Virus record (IMG/VR): IMGVR_UViG_3300017778_007065
Span: 1 to 33,043 of that record
Reading direction: 5' to 3' (one strand)
From: a virus
Taxonomy: Duplodnaviria; Caudoviricetes
Length of the DNA: 33,043 nt
Shown: positions 7,718 to 16,340 of the stretch, one piece after another
How positions within the stretch are numbered: the stretch's first letter is position 1
How the letters are laid out: each line of letters begins with the position of its first letter
Program-made: the position numbers and the translations under genes
Notes under the pieces: model-generated
Seen by the model: only the letters and a program-made list of their open reading frames with translations
The model's database searches: none
What the model was told of the DNA's origin: nothing

Positions 7718-8245
7718 TTATTTTTTCCAAATTTCACCTCTTCTACACCTTACAACTGCTCCTGAGGCAAGAGCTGAGGGCCATGTATCGTATTCCTGTT
7801 TCGCTCTTCTAATACAGCGATCATCTTTTTTCTTATACTTTTTTTCCGAAAGAACTTCATTAACTATTCTAATAAGTTCCTCTTTTGTTACTTTATACCC
7901 TGAACCGTATGGAGCTGATTTACCGTCGTGGTTAGGAGCTACGTTTTCTTTTTTTACTTTTGCTTTCTTAGTATTAGGTACTACTTGCTGGCCTTTAGCT
8001 CCTGCTGTTTTCTTTTTCCTAGCAGTAGCAGCTCTTTCGCTCTTACTCAGTGATTGAGCTTTTGCTTTAGGTAAGCAACGGTCCGGGTTCTTTTTATTCT
8101 TAGAAGTACCGCATGGACCTGTTATCTTTCCTGAGGTTGAAATGTTAACCCATTTCTCTTTCTTAAACCAGTCTCGTAGATTTTCATCTATCAATTCTTG
8201 CACAAAAGCTAGTGGGTCTGAAGAAATTTTATCTTCCTTGTCCAC
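7718..8245 (-). CDS. Lys-rich modular phage protein (DUF5872-like from memory)
   Basis: Likely start GTG 8245 (VDKEDK...ELIDE). Modules LRDWFKKEKWVNI..GPCG..RCLPKAKA and DRC..AK..YDTWPSALASGAVVRCR, separated by an internal leader KEELIRIVNEVLSE. Confidence 0.7.
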   Translation of the reverse strand: MDKEDKISSDPLAFVQELIDENLRDWFKKEKWVNISTSGKITGPCGTSKNKKNPDRCLPKAKAQSLSKSERAATARKKKTAGAKGQQVVPNTKKAKVKKENVAPNHDGKSAPYGSGYKVTKEELIRIVNEVLSEKKYKKKDDRCIRRAKQEYDTWPSALASGAVVRCRRGEIWKK

Positions 8246-8372
8246 GGTATTTTTTGCGGTAGTTAACACTGGTTTTAATGTTTGAGCTTTTGCACTTACT
8301 ATGAACGCCAGCTCTTTTTTTATGTTCTTTTTTAAGAAAAACTGAAGTACTCTGTGATTTACTTTTCGCCAT
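8229..8372 (-). CDS. 47-aa highly basic peptide ending KKYRGQGR
   Basis: Not in ORF track. MAKSKSQSTSVFLKKEHKKRAGVHSKCKSSNIKTSVNYRKKYRGQGR; fills the gap between flanking genes with short overlaps. C-terminus recalls small basic proteins of T4-like phages. Confidence 0.8.
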   Translation of the reverse strand: MAKSKSQSTSVFLKKEHKKRAGVHSKCKSSNIKTSVNYRKKYRGQGR

Positions 8373-8652
8373 CGAGATATATCTTTAATAGTAATTTTCC
8401 AGAACCCTTTAAGACACGATGCCACTCGTTTCTTTCTATAAATATATTAGTATTTTGTAATAGAGGTTCCGGTAAAAAATTATCTCTTTGGAACTTCCAA
8501 TTGGTTCCTACCTCTAGTACCTCTATAGTCCTGTCTTCATCATCTCTATGCCAGTAAAGTTCTTTTTCCTCTACGTCGTCGGAAAACTCCCTAACCTTAT
8601 AAGTTGAAGTAACTTCTAAATCGGTATATGGTCTTTTACCAGAATCCACCAA
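8359..8652 (-). CDS. Cupin-fold protein
   Basis: WHRDDEDRTIEVLE (motif 1) and IFIERNEWHRV (motif 2); start could be TTG 8652 or GTG 8649. Confidence 0.75.
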   Translation of the reverse strand: MVDSGKRPYTDLEVTSTYKVREFSDDVEEKELYWHRDDEDRTIEVLEVGTNWKFQRDNFLPEPLLQNTNIFIERNEWHRVLKGSGKLLLKIYLDGEK

Positions 8653-9205
8653 AATTTGACTTAAGACCTAAAAGCTTAGCGTATCTTGGTAGTCTACATG
8701 ACCAGTAGCTTGCTTTAGTTTTATCTTTTTTCTGAGAGCATTTATGTCTAGCTGCAAAAGCTTTTCTAGCTTGAGGATTATTTATTTTAGCTTTTAGTCC
8801 CGTAGTATCTCCGAAGCTAACCTTTTTTATTCCTCCTCCTGGTTTTCTTACATAAACGTAGAATTTTTTACTACCACCTCTTTTAGGTTTATTTAACTCT
8901 ACGTCCTTACCCTGGTGCTTTGCTTCATCGAGTTCTTCTTCAAGGAGAGGATAATCTATAGGTACCTGCCTACCTTCAAATAGTTCAAATTCACCTACTT
9001 CAGTTTCAAATAAAAGCTCTTTATCTTCCTCACACAACTCGGTTAGTATTCCAGTCTTTGCAAGCAGTCTGGCTTGCTTAATGGTTGAAAAATATGCCAG
9101 AGATCCTGGTCTATAGATATTCTCGTATAAGGGTCTTTTGTTGCTTATATGATGATATAAACCTTCAGTAAGAGTTGGTATAACCTTATGCTCAGTAAGT
9201 AGCAT
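8636..9205 (-). CDS. Two-domain protein with basic C-terminal module (DUF6321-like from memory)
   Basis: After the LLEEELDE linker: GKDVELNKPKRGGSKKFYVYVR..KKVSFGD..ARKAFAARHKC..ASYWSC. Confidence 0.75.
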   Translation of the reverse strand: MLLTEHKVIPTLTEGLYHHISNKRPLYENIYRPGSLAYFSTIKQARLLAKTGILTELCEEDKELLFETEVGEFELFEGRQVPIDYPLLEEELDEAKHQGKDVELNKPKRGGSKKFYVYVRKPGGGIKKVSFGDTTGLKAKINNPQARKAFAARHKCSQKKDKTKASYWSCRLPRYAKLLGLKSNFGGFW

Positions 9206-9576
9206 TACATGAAAAATACGTTAAAAGAAAGACCTACTATGGCGGTAAAAATAATCCAAAGAGCTTTAGAAGCTCCTTCCTTCCATTTCATAAGATCCCT
9301 AACCTCTTGCAAAGCATTTTCGTATTCCTCGCTTTTTTTCTCTTTAGCCTGCCTCCACTCCGATACTTTGTTTACCTTTACTATAACACCGTCTTCGGGG
9401 TTCAGTAATGTAAATTTTATATCTGAAATGTTGTCTTTAATATCGTGGTATGATGTTTTAAGGTCTTCAATATCACGTGCCATTTCTTTAAACTCGCCGT
9501 TGGGCATCTTAGTTTTTAGAGTATGGAGTTCTAAAACAATTGTTTCAAGTAGTTCAAGTTGCTTTGCCGCAGACAT
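9205..9576 (-). CDS. Coiled-coil protein with C-terminal TM helix (XhlA/holin-like topology)
   Basis: Heptad region followed by KALWIIFTAIVGLSFNVFFM. Confidence 0.55.
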   Translation of the reverse strand: MSAAKQLELLETIVLELHTLKTKMPNGEFKEMARDIEDLKTSYHDIKDNISDIKFTLLNPEDGVIVKVNKVSEWRQAKEKKSEEYENALQEVRDLMKWKEGASKALWIIFTAIVGLSFNVFFM

Positions 9577-9598
9577 AATATGAGCAATAAAAGTTGCT

Positions 9599-9606
9599 TA
9601 TAAATA
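9599..9606 (-). promoter_or_regulatory. Putative late promoter TATTTATA
   Basis: Intergenic, 22 nt upstream of ATG 9576. Confidence 0.6.
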
Positions 9607-9610
9607 GCTC

Positions 9611-10189
9611 CTACTCTTTAGAGTCTCTTAAGTATTTTAAATATTCGTTAAGTTTCTTAAGAACTTCATCATTAACCCTTGAGGAATTGTTCTTCCACTC
9701 CTCTAAGTCTCCTTGTTCGGTTACGTAAGAGTTAAGAGAATCGTGAAGCAATTCGTGAACGTACCCCTCTAGGTCTTTGGCAAAAGCATCTTTACTTTGG
9801 TTTATCATATTTTTTTCATATGATTCAAATAAACCTGCTTTTCTTAGTTGAGCTTCATAGTCGATAACACAGTCAAAGCACATAGTATGTATTTTATACA
9901 TCTTATGATCATTTTTATGCTTCATCCTTTTCTGACATTTAGGACAGGCTAGGGGTACTCTAGCTGCTTTTTTTACAGCATCTAATTTAGTAACGTTTTG
10001 TCGTAAGCCATTTTTGATAGTCCAAGTAACACCGTTATCCTCCCATACATCGCCTTCGATCCTTTCTACATAAACCTTAGAGTACCCGGTACTGGGTGCT
10101 GATTTAGAGTTAAAGTCTTTCTTAACGATATTACGTATTCTTTCTACGTCTCTGCTTTTAAATTCTTTTTTAAGATAGCTGTCTGCCAT
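9611..10189 (-). CDS. Zn-ribbon-containing hypothetical protein
   Basis: CPKC...CFDC; EGDVWE..G.TWTIKNG motif. Confidence 0.75.
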   Translation of the reverse strand: MADSYLKKEFKSRDVERIRNIVKKDFNSKSAPSTGYSKVYVERIEGDVWEDNGVTWTIKNGLRQNVTKLDAVKKAARVPLACPKCQKRMKHKNDHKMYKIHTMCFDCVIDYEAQLRKAGLFESYEKNMINQSKDAFAKDLEGYVHELLHDSLNSYVTEQGDLEEWKNNSSRVNDEVLKKLNEYLKYLRDSKE

Positions 10190-10715
10190 AACCGTACTTT
10201 TCTAATTCTTTTATAATTTGTTGAATCTCTTGGGTGTTTTCTGGGTGATGTATTCCAATTCCCCCCTCTTGATTGACTCTTTCAATAGTATCTTCTCTGT
10301 CGTCTATTAAGATAGAACCTAACCCGGCTACTAAATGCTTTTCTTTAGCATGCTTAAAGATAATAGGAGTTCCGGGTATATTTTTTTCAACCCACTCTAA
10401 TTTACCCTCAACACTTGCTTTGTTATCAGAAGGAGATGTGAGGAGTATAGGGTCGTAAGGTTCAATAAAGTTCCATAGAGTTTTACCTTGAGGAGTCCAC
10501 TCCATATCGCTCCAAAACTTAAGACCTATTTGACCGTCGATTAAATGCCAAAATCTTTTAGTTCCGTACTTTTCTTTGTAGATCGAAGGACTCATTCCGG
10601 TAAAGTGATCGAATCTCCCGGTAAAGTCACAAAGTACTCCGTCCATATCTACATATAGCTTGTACTCGGGTTTGAGGTCGTCTAATGTTAAAAGTAAAAG
10701 AGTTAGATCTCCCAT
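10170..10715 (-). CDS. HAD-family 5'(3')-deoxyribonucleotidase-like phosphatase
   Basis: HAD motifs YVDMDGVLCDF, ILLTSP, KH and ILIDDR. Confidence 0.9.
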   Translation of the reverse strand: MGDLTLLLLTLDDLKPEYKLYVDMDGVLCDFTGRFDHFTGMSPSIYKEKYGTKRFWHLIDGQIGLKFWSDMEWTPQGKTLWNFIEPYDPILLTSPSDNKASVEGKLEWVEKNIPGTPIIFKHAKEKHLVAGLGSILIDDREDTIERVNQEGGIGIHHPENTQEIQQIIKELEKYGYGRQLS

Positions 10716-10718
10716 ACT

Positions 10719-11357
10719 TTATGCCTTAGTTGTTTTATCAGTCCACTCTCTAAAGGTTATATTTCCCTTTAAGTATGCTTCTTCCTCTAGTTTCCGTAAA
10801 TGCTCATCCTCATTTATGTTGGTAGTTGATACCTCTCCGTTTCCAATTCTACCTTCTTGCTTTTGAATATGATGTATCATCTCATGAGCGAAGGATCTTA
10901 GTATATCTTTTGGATGCCTGTTTGAAGTATAAAGCACTATTTCCTCTAACTCAGGGTCGTAGTAAGCTGTTTTACCTAGTATCTTTTTTCCTTCTTCTAA
11001 ATCTTCTCTAAGAGTAATTTTAGGGAAAGGCTTTACATTCATATCTTTGCTTTCCATATACTCCATAATTGCTCGCATAAAGGGAGTGTAATCGGTAGGT
11101 GTGTCTATAGGTTCGGTGGTTGAGTCTATGAAATGAATTATAATCCTATCCCCTTCAATATCCGCCGTCATTGAATTGGGTATAATTTCCTGCAGACGCT
11201 CCTTAAGTTGATATAGGGATTCCTTATCGATATTTGTAAGGTTGTCTTTAGTTTGAATTATTTCAGATAGATGCTGTATATCTTGTGGAAAGTCAAGAGA
11301 GGCTATAGCTTTTTCTATAGCTAGGTGTAAATTTACATCTAAATCTTTATTTTTCAT
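10719..11357 (-). CDS. Zincin-like metallopeptidase
   Basis: AYYDP...IVLY...RSFAHEMIHHIQ (HEXXH) with a downstream LEEEAY third ligand. Confidence 0.85.
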   Translation of the reverse strand: MKNKDLDVNLHLAIEKAIASLDFPQDIQHLSEIIQTKDNLTNIDKESLYQLKERLQEIIPNSMTADIEGDRIIIHFIDSTTEPIDTPTDYTPFMRAIMEYMESKDMNVKPFPKITLREDLEEGKKILGKTAYYDPELEEIVLYTSNRHPKDILRSFAHEMIHHIQKQEGRIGNGEVSTTNINEDEHLRKLEEEAYLKGNITFREWTDKTTKA

Positions 11358-12139
11358 GATAGTTTTATAGCGGTTGGTACGCTATTATAAATAGGCTCGG
11401 TGGTTGGGTTGTCCATTTTATACAGTTCATAGATAAGTTTAAAGAATCTAAAGTTCTTATCTGTATCGTCAGCCTCTATAATCTCCCAACCTTTACCTTG
11501 ATATGAACCCGCTTTCTTTGAAGGTGTTCTTTTAGCTGATTTTAACCACAGTATTCCAGTCTTATCTATTTTCTGACCGGTGGTTTCTTCCCATCCTGTT
11601 GCATAAGCAGCTAGTTGCAACTCATGTGACTTATGAATGGAGTTTGAAGTCTTAATATCAACCAGCCAAATTAAATCATCAAGCTTAAGAATAAGGTCAA
11701 TAGTTCCAGCATACTCATGCTCATCAGAATAAATGAAATGCTCAGATGCGAGTACTTCAGGTTTATAGGTTTCAAAAAATTCATAGGCTTTTAATATCAT
11801 ATTCCAGACCTCTAGAGAGTATTTCGCGTTGCCAAAGTCATCCATCCAGGTAATTTCTTCTCCCTTAAGGAGATCTTCAACGGCATTGTGAACGGCGGTG
11901 CCTTCTTCACCTGCTTTTCTCATAATGAGATCAGAATTATGCCCTACATCTTTAATCCATTGCTCAAAAAACTTATTCTTAGGCATGTACTGTAGAATGC
12001 TTGTAACTGATGGATAGTACTTACCTTCAGATCTCTTATAAACCCGACGGTCTAAAAAGTTAATTTGCTGTAATTTAGGTTGAAAGTCTAAATTCTTAAG
12101 TTTATGTTCTTTTAATATATTTGAGCCCTTTACTAGCAT
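11354..12139 (-). CDS. PD-(D/E)xK exonuclease
   Basis: YPSVTSIL, GTAVH, E, AGTID, DIKTS and QLAAYA motifs; adjacent to primase. Confidence 0.9.
   Translation of the reverse strand: MLVKGSNILKEHKLKNLDFQPKLQQINFLDRRVYKRSEGKYYPSVTSILQYMPKNKFFEQWIKDVGHNSDLIMRKAGEEGTAVHNAVEDLLKGEEITWMDDFGNAKYSLEVWNMILKAYEFFETYKPEVLASEHFIYSDEHEYAGTIDLILKLDDLIWLVDIKTSNSIHKSHELQLAAYATGWEETTGQKIDKTGILWLKSAKRTPSKKAGSYQGKGWEIIEADDTDKNFRFFKLIYELYKMDNPTTEPIYNSVPTAIKLS
11386..11393 (-). promoter_or_regulatory. Putative late promoter TATTTATA inside the exonuclease 3' end
   Basis: 28 nt upstream of ATG 11357. Confidence 0.5.
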
Positions 12140-13059
12140 AGTTGGTATAGTTTGTATTCCATGATTTTACTTAAATTTATTTCGTCAGCTGTTTGTATAT
12201 GTTGGGTAAACGCTTTGAATCCCATCGAGCTAGGATCTTTATCAGCCATATCAACCAGGTAAACCCTCTTACCCATGGAGAGCAATTGATCTGAAATGGT
12301 TAGAGCGCTTTTCAGAGCATCTCTATCTAATGCTATATAAACATCTTTTACCTTGTTTAGAGCAAGTTTTCTTAATAAACTTTGACTCATTGTTTTTCCT
12401 AATAAAGGTATAGCGTTCCGTTTTATAGCCATAGCGTCAAATACACCTTCACATAGTACGACAGGTACATCCCAGTTTATAAAAGCTTCAAACCCTATAA
12501 CGTCTTTTGAAACGCTTGGGTTTTTATACTTAAAAGAAGTATCGGGGTTAACGCTTCTTCCTACGAAGTAGTTTAACGTTCCTCTCTCATCATAACTGGG
12601 TACTATAATTCTGTCGGCATATTCTCCTGAAGGACAGTATCCTATGTTATATTTTATAAAGTCGTTATCGGTTAACCCTCGATTATAAAGGTACTTTCTA
12701 GCTCTGTTGATAATAATAGAACCGCTAGGTTCGCTTAAGAGTCTAATCCCTTTAGGTAGTTCAAGACTAAAGGAAATATGAGCGTCAGTACTTCCCTTTA
12801 GAATATGCTTGGTAACCTCAGAGATAATAGTTTGATCAATCTTAAGTTGCTTAAGTAATGATCTAATGGTTCTTCCCTTAGTATTACATACCCAACACTC
12901 CCAAGGATTCTCTCCCTTTTCATTAGTATGAAGATTTACTTCAAGCTTTGGTTTATGATGGTTGCAGAAGCTACAATAAAATGCGTAGTTCTCTCTAGCC
13001 CTTTTATGAGACTTACCTAAAAGTTTTTCTAGATAATTTAGTATGACGAGATTTTCCAC
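12133..13059 (-). CDS. dnaG: DNA primase (Zn-binding domain + TOPRIM)
   Basis: CSFCNH...CWVC Zn domain; YLYNRGL, RIIVP, GRS, KYKNP; TOPRIM LCEGVFDA, ALDRDA and KDPS. Confidence 0.93.
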   Translation of the reverse strand: MENLVILNYLEKLLGKSHKRARENYAFYCSFCNHHKPKLEVNLHTNEKGENPWECWVCNTKGRTIRSLLKQLKIDQTIISEVTKHILKGSTDAHISFSLELPKGIRLLSEPSGSIIINRARKYLYNRGLTDNDFIKYNIGYCPSGEYADRIIVPSYDERGTLNYFVGRSVNPDTSFKYKNPSVSKDVIGFEAFINWDVPVVLCEGVFDAMAIKRNAIPLLGKTMSQSLLRKLALNKVKDVYIALDRDALKSALTISDQLLSMGKRVYLVDMADKDPSSMGFKAFTQHIQTADEINLSKIMEYKLYQLC

Positions 13060-13080
13060 TATTTTATATACCCTTATACA

Positions 13081-13111
13081 AGAATATACGAACCTAACCT
13101 CTAAATGTCAA
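13081..13111 (-). promoter_or_regulatory. Bacteroidota-type promoter (TTG-N20-TATATTCT) for primase/exonuclease
   Basis: Exact spacing match to the shared consensus; overlaps the kinase 3' end. Confidence 0.65.
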
Positions 13112-13619
13112 CTAATGTATAATTACCTTTATACCTCATTATGTTTTCTGGAGACCAGTCGATTTCATCTCCTGATATTCCTACACTGTTAAAGGCTGAT
13201 TTTAAGCCTTTAACGAGTTTTACTAGCTCTATATTTTGAGTAAACTTGTTAAGCTCCTCGTCTTCTCCTCGGCTTAGAAAATCCTCAGCAGACTCCTCTA
13301 TTTCCTTTATCTGAATCTTCTCTTGATCGGAGATAGGATCGGCAACTTTAGTGTAAATAACTCCCAATGACTCGCTAAATCTTTTTACCCCTAAAATAGG
13401 AATAATAAAAGGTGAGGAGTGCCCTTTGAGCTTTATAGCATGGTCTATTTCATAACTGTCAGTAGTAACTTTTAAAGCTTTTCCTTCTCCAAGATCAAAA
13501 GCAATACCAAAGCCGCCTACTCCTAAGTCAGTTGTCTTATACTTTTCTCTTAAAGCATTTACAAGAGCTAAGTATTTTTTGTCTTTACTATTCTCTAGTA
13601 TAATATCCTTAAGCTTCAT
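13101..13619 (-). CDS. Minimal protein-kinase-like protein with leader
   Basis: G-loop LGVGGFGIAF, beta3 Lys KALKVT, alphaC Glu, catalytic DWSPEN and terminal LVDI (DFG-equivalent Asp); MKLKDIILE leader. Confidence 0.8.
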   Translation of the reverse strand: MKLKDIILENSKDKKYLALVNALREKYKTTDLGVGGFGIAFDLGEGKALKVTTDSYEIDHAIKLKGHSSPFIIPILGVKRFSESLGVIYTKVADPISDQEKIQIKEIEESAEDFLSRGEDEELNKFTQNIELVKLVKGLKSAFNSVGISGDEIDWSPENIMRYKGNYTLVDI

Positions 13620-14073
13620 TGGGAAAGTCTTTTCTGTAAAATTTACCTAAAATATTATCGTTGTAGTATAAGCTGCTAGGTTCAATTGCTCCGAACTTAA
13701 AAATATACTTACATTCATAGTAGGTGAGGAGTTTTCTGTTAGGAGCAAACTCCAATATCTCTCTACTAAATTCACCTCGACCTTGAGCCTTTACTGTTTC
13801 AATAAATTCTTTATTAGAACCGAAATAGTCCTTCCAATCGCTTTCGGTTACTACTTTTTTAGTAGTAGGCTTTCTTCCTTTACCTGTTAATTCAGCTAAT
13901 TCCTTTTGAGTAAGCTTTTTATTTCTTTCGAAATATAAAACTTTTCTACCAATATATTTTTTATTGGTTTTATTGTTAGTTATCTGGTATACAAAGCCAA
14001 AAGTATTAGCTGGTATATCTAAAAGTTGGGTTATAAATCTACCTTTATAGGTCCAAGGATCTTGAGTGATCAT
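13609..14073 (-). CDS. GIY-YIG (Seg-like) endonuclease domain protein
   Basis: FGFVYQITN...KYIGRK, WKDYFGS, FSREIL, YYE and YYNDNI. Confidence 0.85.
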   Translation of the reverse strand: MITQDPWTYKGRFITQLLDIPANTFGFVYQITNNKTNKKYIGRKVLYFERNKKLTQKELAELTGKGRKPTTKKVVTESDWKDYFGSNKEFIETVKAQGRGEFSREILEFAPNRKLLTYYECKYIFKFGAIEPSSLYYNDNILGKFYRKDFPNEA

Positions 14074-15317
14074 TACATATCTAAGTTTACGATGATACTC
14101 ATATCTGTGGTTGCAGAAGTAGGTACTGGTTGAGCTAGTTTAGCTACTGCTACCAGCTCCTGTTCGTCATTATAAAGTCCTACCGTTGTAATATAGGGTG
14201 AAAAGAAAGATGCAGTTGCAAAGGTATACAGAAGTCCGTCAAATCCTGCGTTGAGGGAGGGGTTTAGTGAGTAGTTTGATTCGTTTTCAGATATAGTACA
14301 TTTATACTGAGTTTCATATATAGTAACTGTAGATTGAAACGAGCATGTTGTATTAGCTAACGTTGTTATACTTGATAGAGGTAAATTTTGATTTGTAAAA
14401 ATTGCAATACCGTGTTGATAAATTATATTACCTACATTTTGATTAGCTGATATACTGCCACTAGTGGTAACTAAAGACCCCGATTCAAAATATAAATAAA
14501 TATCTGAAGGGAATGGTGTAGCATTATCTTGAAAATCTATAATAGTCTGATCTGAAGATAATTTAGTACTGGTAACTGATATGCCCTGACTAGCACTTAT
14601 AGCCGGTACAAAAGTGGCAATGGAAATTTTGTTAAAAGGGGAATTGATACTCCCGCTAGCCCAAGATGCTGATATAAAAGTATAGCCTGAAGGTAGGGTA
14701 ATGGGGGAAGTAAACCCAATTTCACCAGGGTTAACTATTGAACTTGCAGAGGCAGTTATGGTCTGGTTGAATAAACCTGCGCTTTGTGTCCAGGCAAAGC
14801 TAGCTGAACTATATAAATTACCTTCCTCGTCATCGTATGCATTAAGGCTAGAAGAATAGTTAAAGGTAAAAGATCCGGGTTTAATAAAAGTTCCAAAGAT
14901 AGAACTAGGAATAGAAAATACTGCTAGCTCTGCTCCTGATCCTGTTGGAAAGAATCTTGACTGGGAGAGAGAGGTTTGTAAGTAGTTATAATAGCCCGTT
15001 GATTGATTAGGACCTGTTAGTCTGTCAGAGTCTCTATTTACTCCTGGAATAACTGTAGTTACTTGAGCAGGATCTCCTACTGAGCTTGATAAGAAGTTAG
15101 AGTAGTAAAGCTCTTTTATTGAGCTATAAACAAGTACCTGATACTCAGAACTTAAAGTACCTGTTACTGTTTTATTGCTTATAAAGGATCCTGAAGTACC
15201 TAAGAATCTATCAATTCCAATACCAGAAAATTCACTCTGCTTGAAAGTAAAATTTTTATTTACCTCAAACGGAGTGACTATTACGTCTGATGCTAGAAAT
15301 TGTTTGTAAGCACTCAT
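14073..15317 (-). CDS. Tail/baseplate structural protein (tail-collar/DUF3751-like C-terminus)
   Basis: C-terminal PYITTVGLYNDEQELVAVAKLAQP; Ser/Thr/Gly-rich; paralogous to 15321..16334. Confidence 0.75.
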   Translation of the reverse strand: MSAYKQFLASDVIVTPFEVNKNFTFKQSEFSGIGIDRFLGTSGSFISNKTVTGTLSSEYQVLVYSSIKELYYSNFLSSSVGDPAQVTTVIPGVNRDSDRLTGPNQSTGYYNYLQTSLSQSRFFPTGSGAELAVFSIPSSIFGTFIKPGSFTFNYSSSLNAYDDEEGNLYSSASFAWTQSAGLFNQTITASASSIVNPGEIGFTSPITLPSGYTFISASWASGSINSPFNKISIATFVPAISASQGISVTSTKLSSDQTIIDFQDNATPFPSDIYLYFESGSLVTTSGSISANQNVGNIIYQHGIAIFTNQNLPLSSITTLANTTCSFQSTVTIYETQYKCTISENESNYSLNPSLNAGFDGLLYTFATASFFSPYITTVGLYNDEQELVAVAKLAQPVPTSATTDMSIIVNLDM

Positions 15318-15320
15318 TCA

Positions 15321-16334
15321 TTAGAAGTCTAGCTTTACTCTCACTAAGAACTCTTTTGTAAAGTTCTTTTGTAAAGGTCTGGATAGTTTAGCTACTGCAA
15401 GTAGGTCGTTAGTATCATTGTATAGTCCGACGGTCGTTATATAGGTCTGTGGATTGTATATAAAGTCACCGTAAAGCACCTCTCCGGTTGATCCGCTAAC
15501 AAAAGAAGGGTTTTCAGAGTAGTTAAATTCCTGGTTTCGACTTCTGATAAACACATAATCCGAGGTAAGAGTTTCTTCAGAGTTTAGGCCGAATGATTTT
15601 CCTCTAGCAATAACATTAAACAACTTTCTGTTGTTGTTATCATCAGTGTTGGCTGATAGTCCTGTTGATATAGCAATACCTCCGTTAGCTGCTGATAGGT
15701 CTAGTGCTTGAGCATTTAAAAGGACGGTACCGATATCTGGTAAGAATAGTCCGTAGGATCCTGATGCTGCTGTAAATCCTGTTCCGGTATATGCCTTACC
15801 GTCCGATCCGCTAACAATCTGGAAGACTCTACCTGAATCGGTAAATGTTACTGAAGAGGTATCTCCGCTATTGTCAGTTAAAAGGATTGTAGCGCCTGCT
15901 GATCCTGATAGCTTTAGATTGAATGATCCTACAAGAAGTTTCTCCTTGTATCTGCTTCTATCTAATGATATAGCGTAGAATGAAGAACCAGTAGCATTAC
16001 CAAAAACGAACTCTGCTAATTCATTACCGTATACCAGAGTTCTATACTGACCGTATATAGCTCTTGAAGGACTTAAACCCGGTACTGATGAGTTAAAGTA
16101 TAAAGATCCTGATCCGTTCTTATTACCAAAGGCAATATCAAACTGACTTTCGGCTGTAGGTTGGTCAGATCCTGTCTGATAAACGCTTAAGTAATAATCT
16201 CCCGACGCTCCAGCTTCTTGAACTGATGAGCTGAAGAATGTTGTTAGGGTTGCGATGTTGCCAGAAAATAAGGCAGCAGTAACTGAATCAGCACTTACTA
16301 GGAAATCTTCAGAATCTAGTCTCTTAAATGACAT
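15321..16334 (-). CDS. Tail/baseplate structural protein (paralog of 14073..15317)
   Basis: FNYSENPSF...TYITTVGLYNDTNDLLAVAKLSRP. Confidence 0.75.
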   Translation of the reverse strand: MSFKRLDSEDFLVSADSVTAALFSGNIATLTTFFSSSVQEAGASGDYYLSVYQTGSDQPTAESQFDIAFGNKNGSGSLYFNSSVPGLSPSRAIYGQYRTLVYGNELAEFVFGNATGSSFYAISLDRSRYKEKLLVGSFNLKLSGSAGATILLTDNSGDTSSVTFTDSGRVFQIVSGSDGKAYTGTGFTAASGSYGLFLPDIGTVLLNAQALDLSAANGGIAISTGLSANTDDNNNRKLFNVIARGKSFGLNSEETLTSDYVFIRSRNQEFNYSENPSFVSGSTGEVLYGDFIYNPQTYITTVGLYNDTNDLLAVAKLSRPLQKNFTKEFLVRVKLDF

Positions 16335-16340
16335 ATTTTA

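Noticed and set aside
8246-8425. N-terminal 60 aa of track ORF 7718..8425
   Set aside because: Overlaps the cupin gene and the 47-aa KKYRGQGR gene; GTG 8245 is the better start.
11354-12139. Exonuclease as Cas4
   Set aside because: No Cys residues for an Fe-S cluster; primase-adjacent context fits a replication/recombination nuclease.
13609-14073. GIY-YIG protein as an intron-encoded homing endonuclease
   Set aside because: Flanking genes are intact and translationally coupled; no intron structure or C-terminal DNA-binding repeats.
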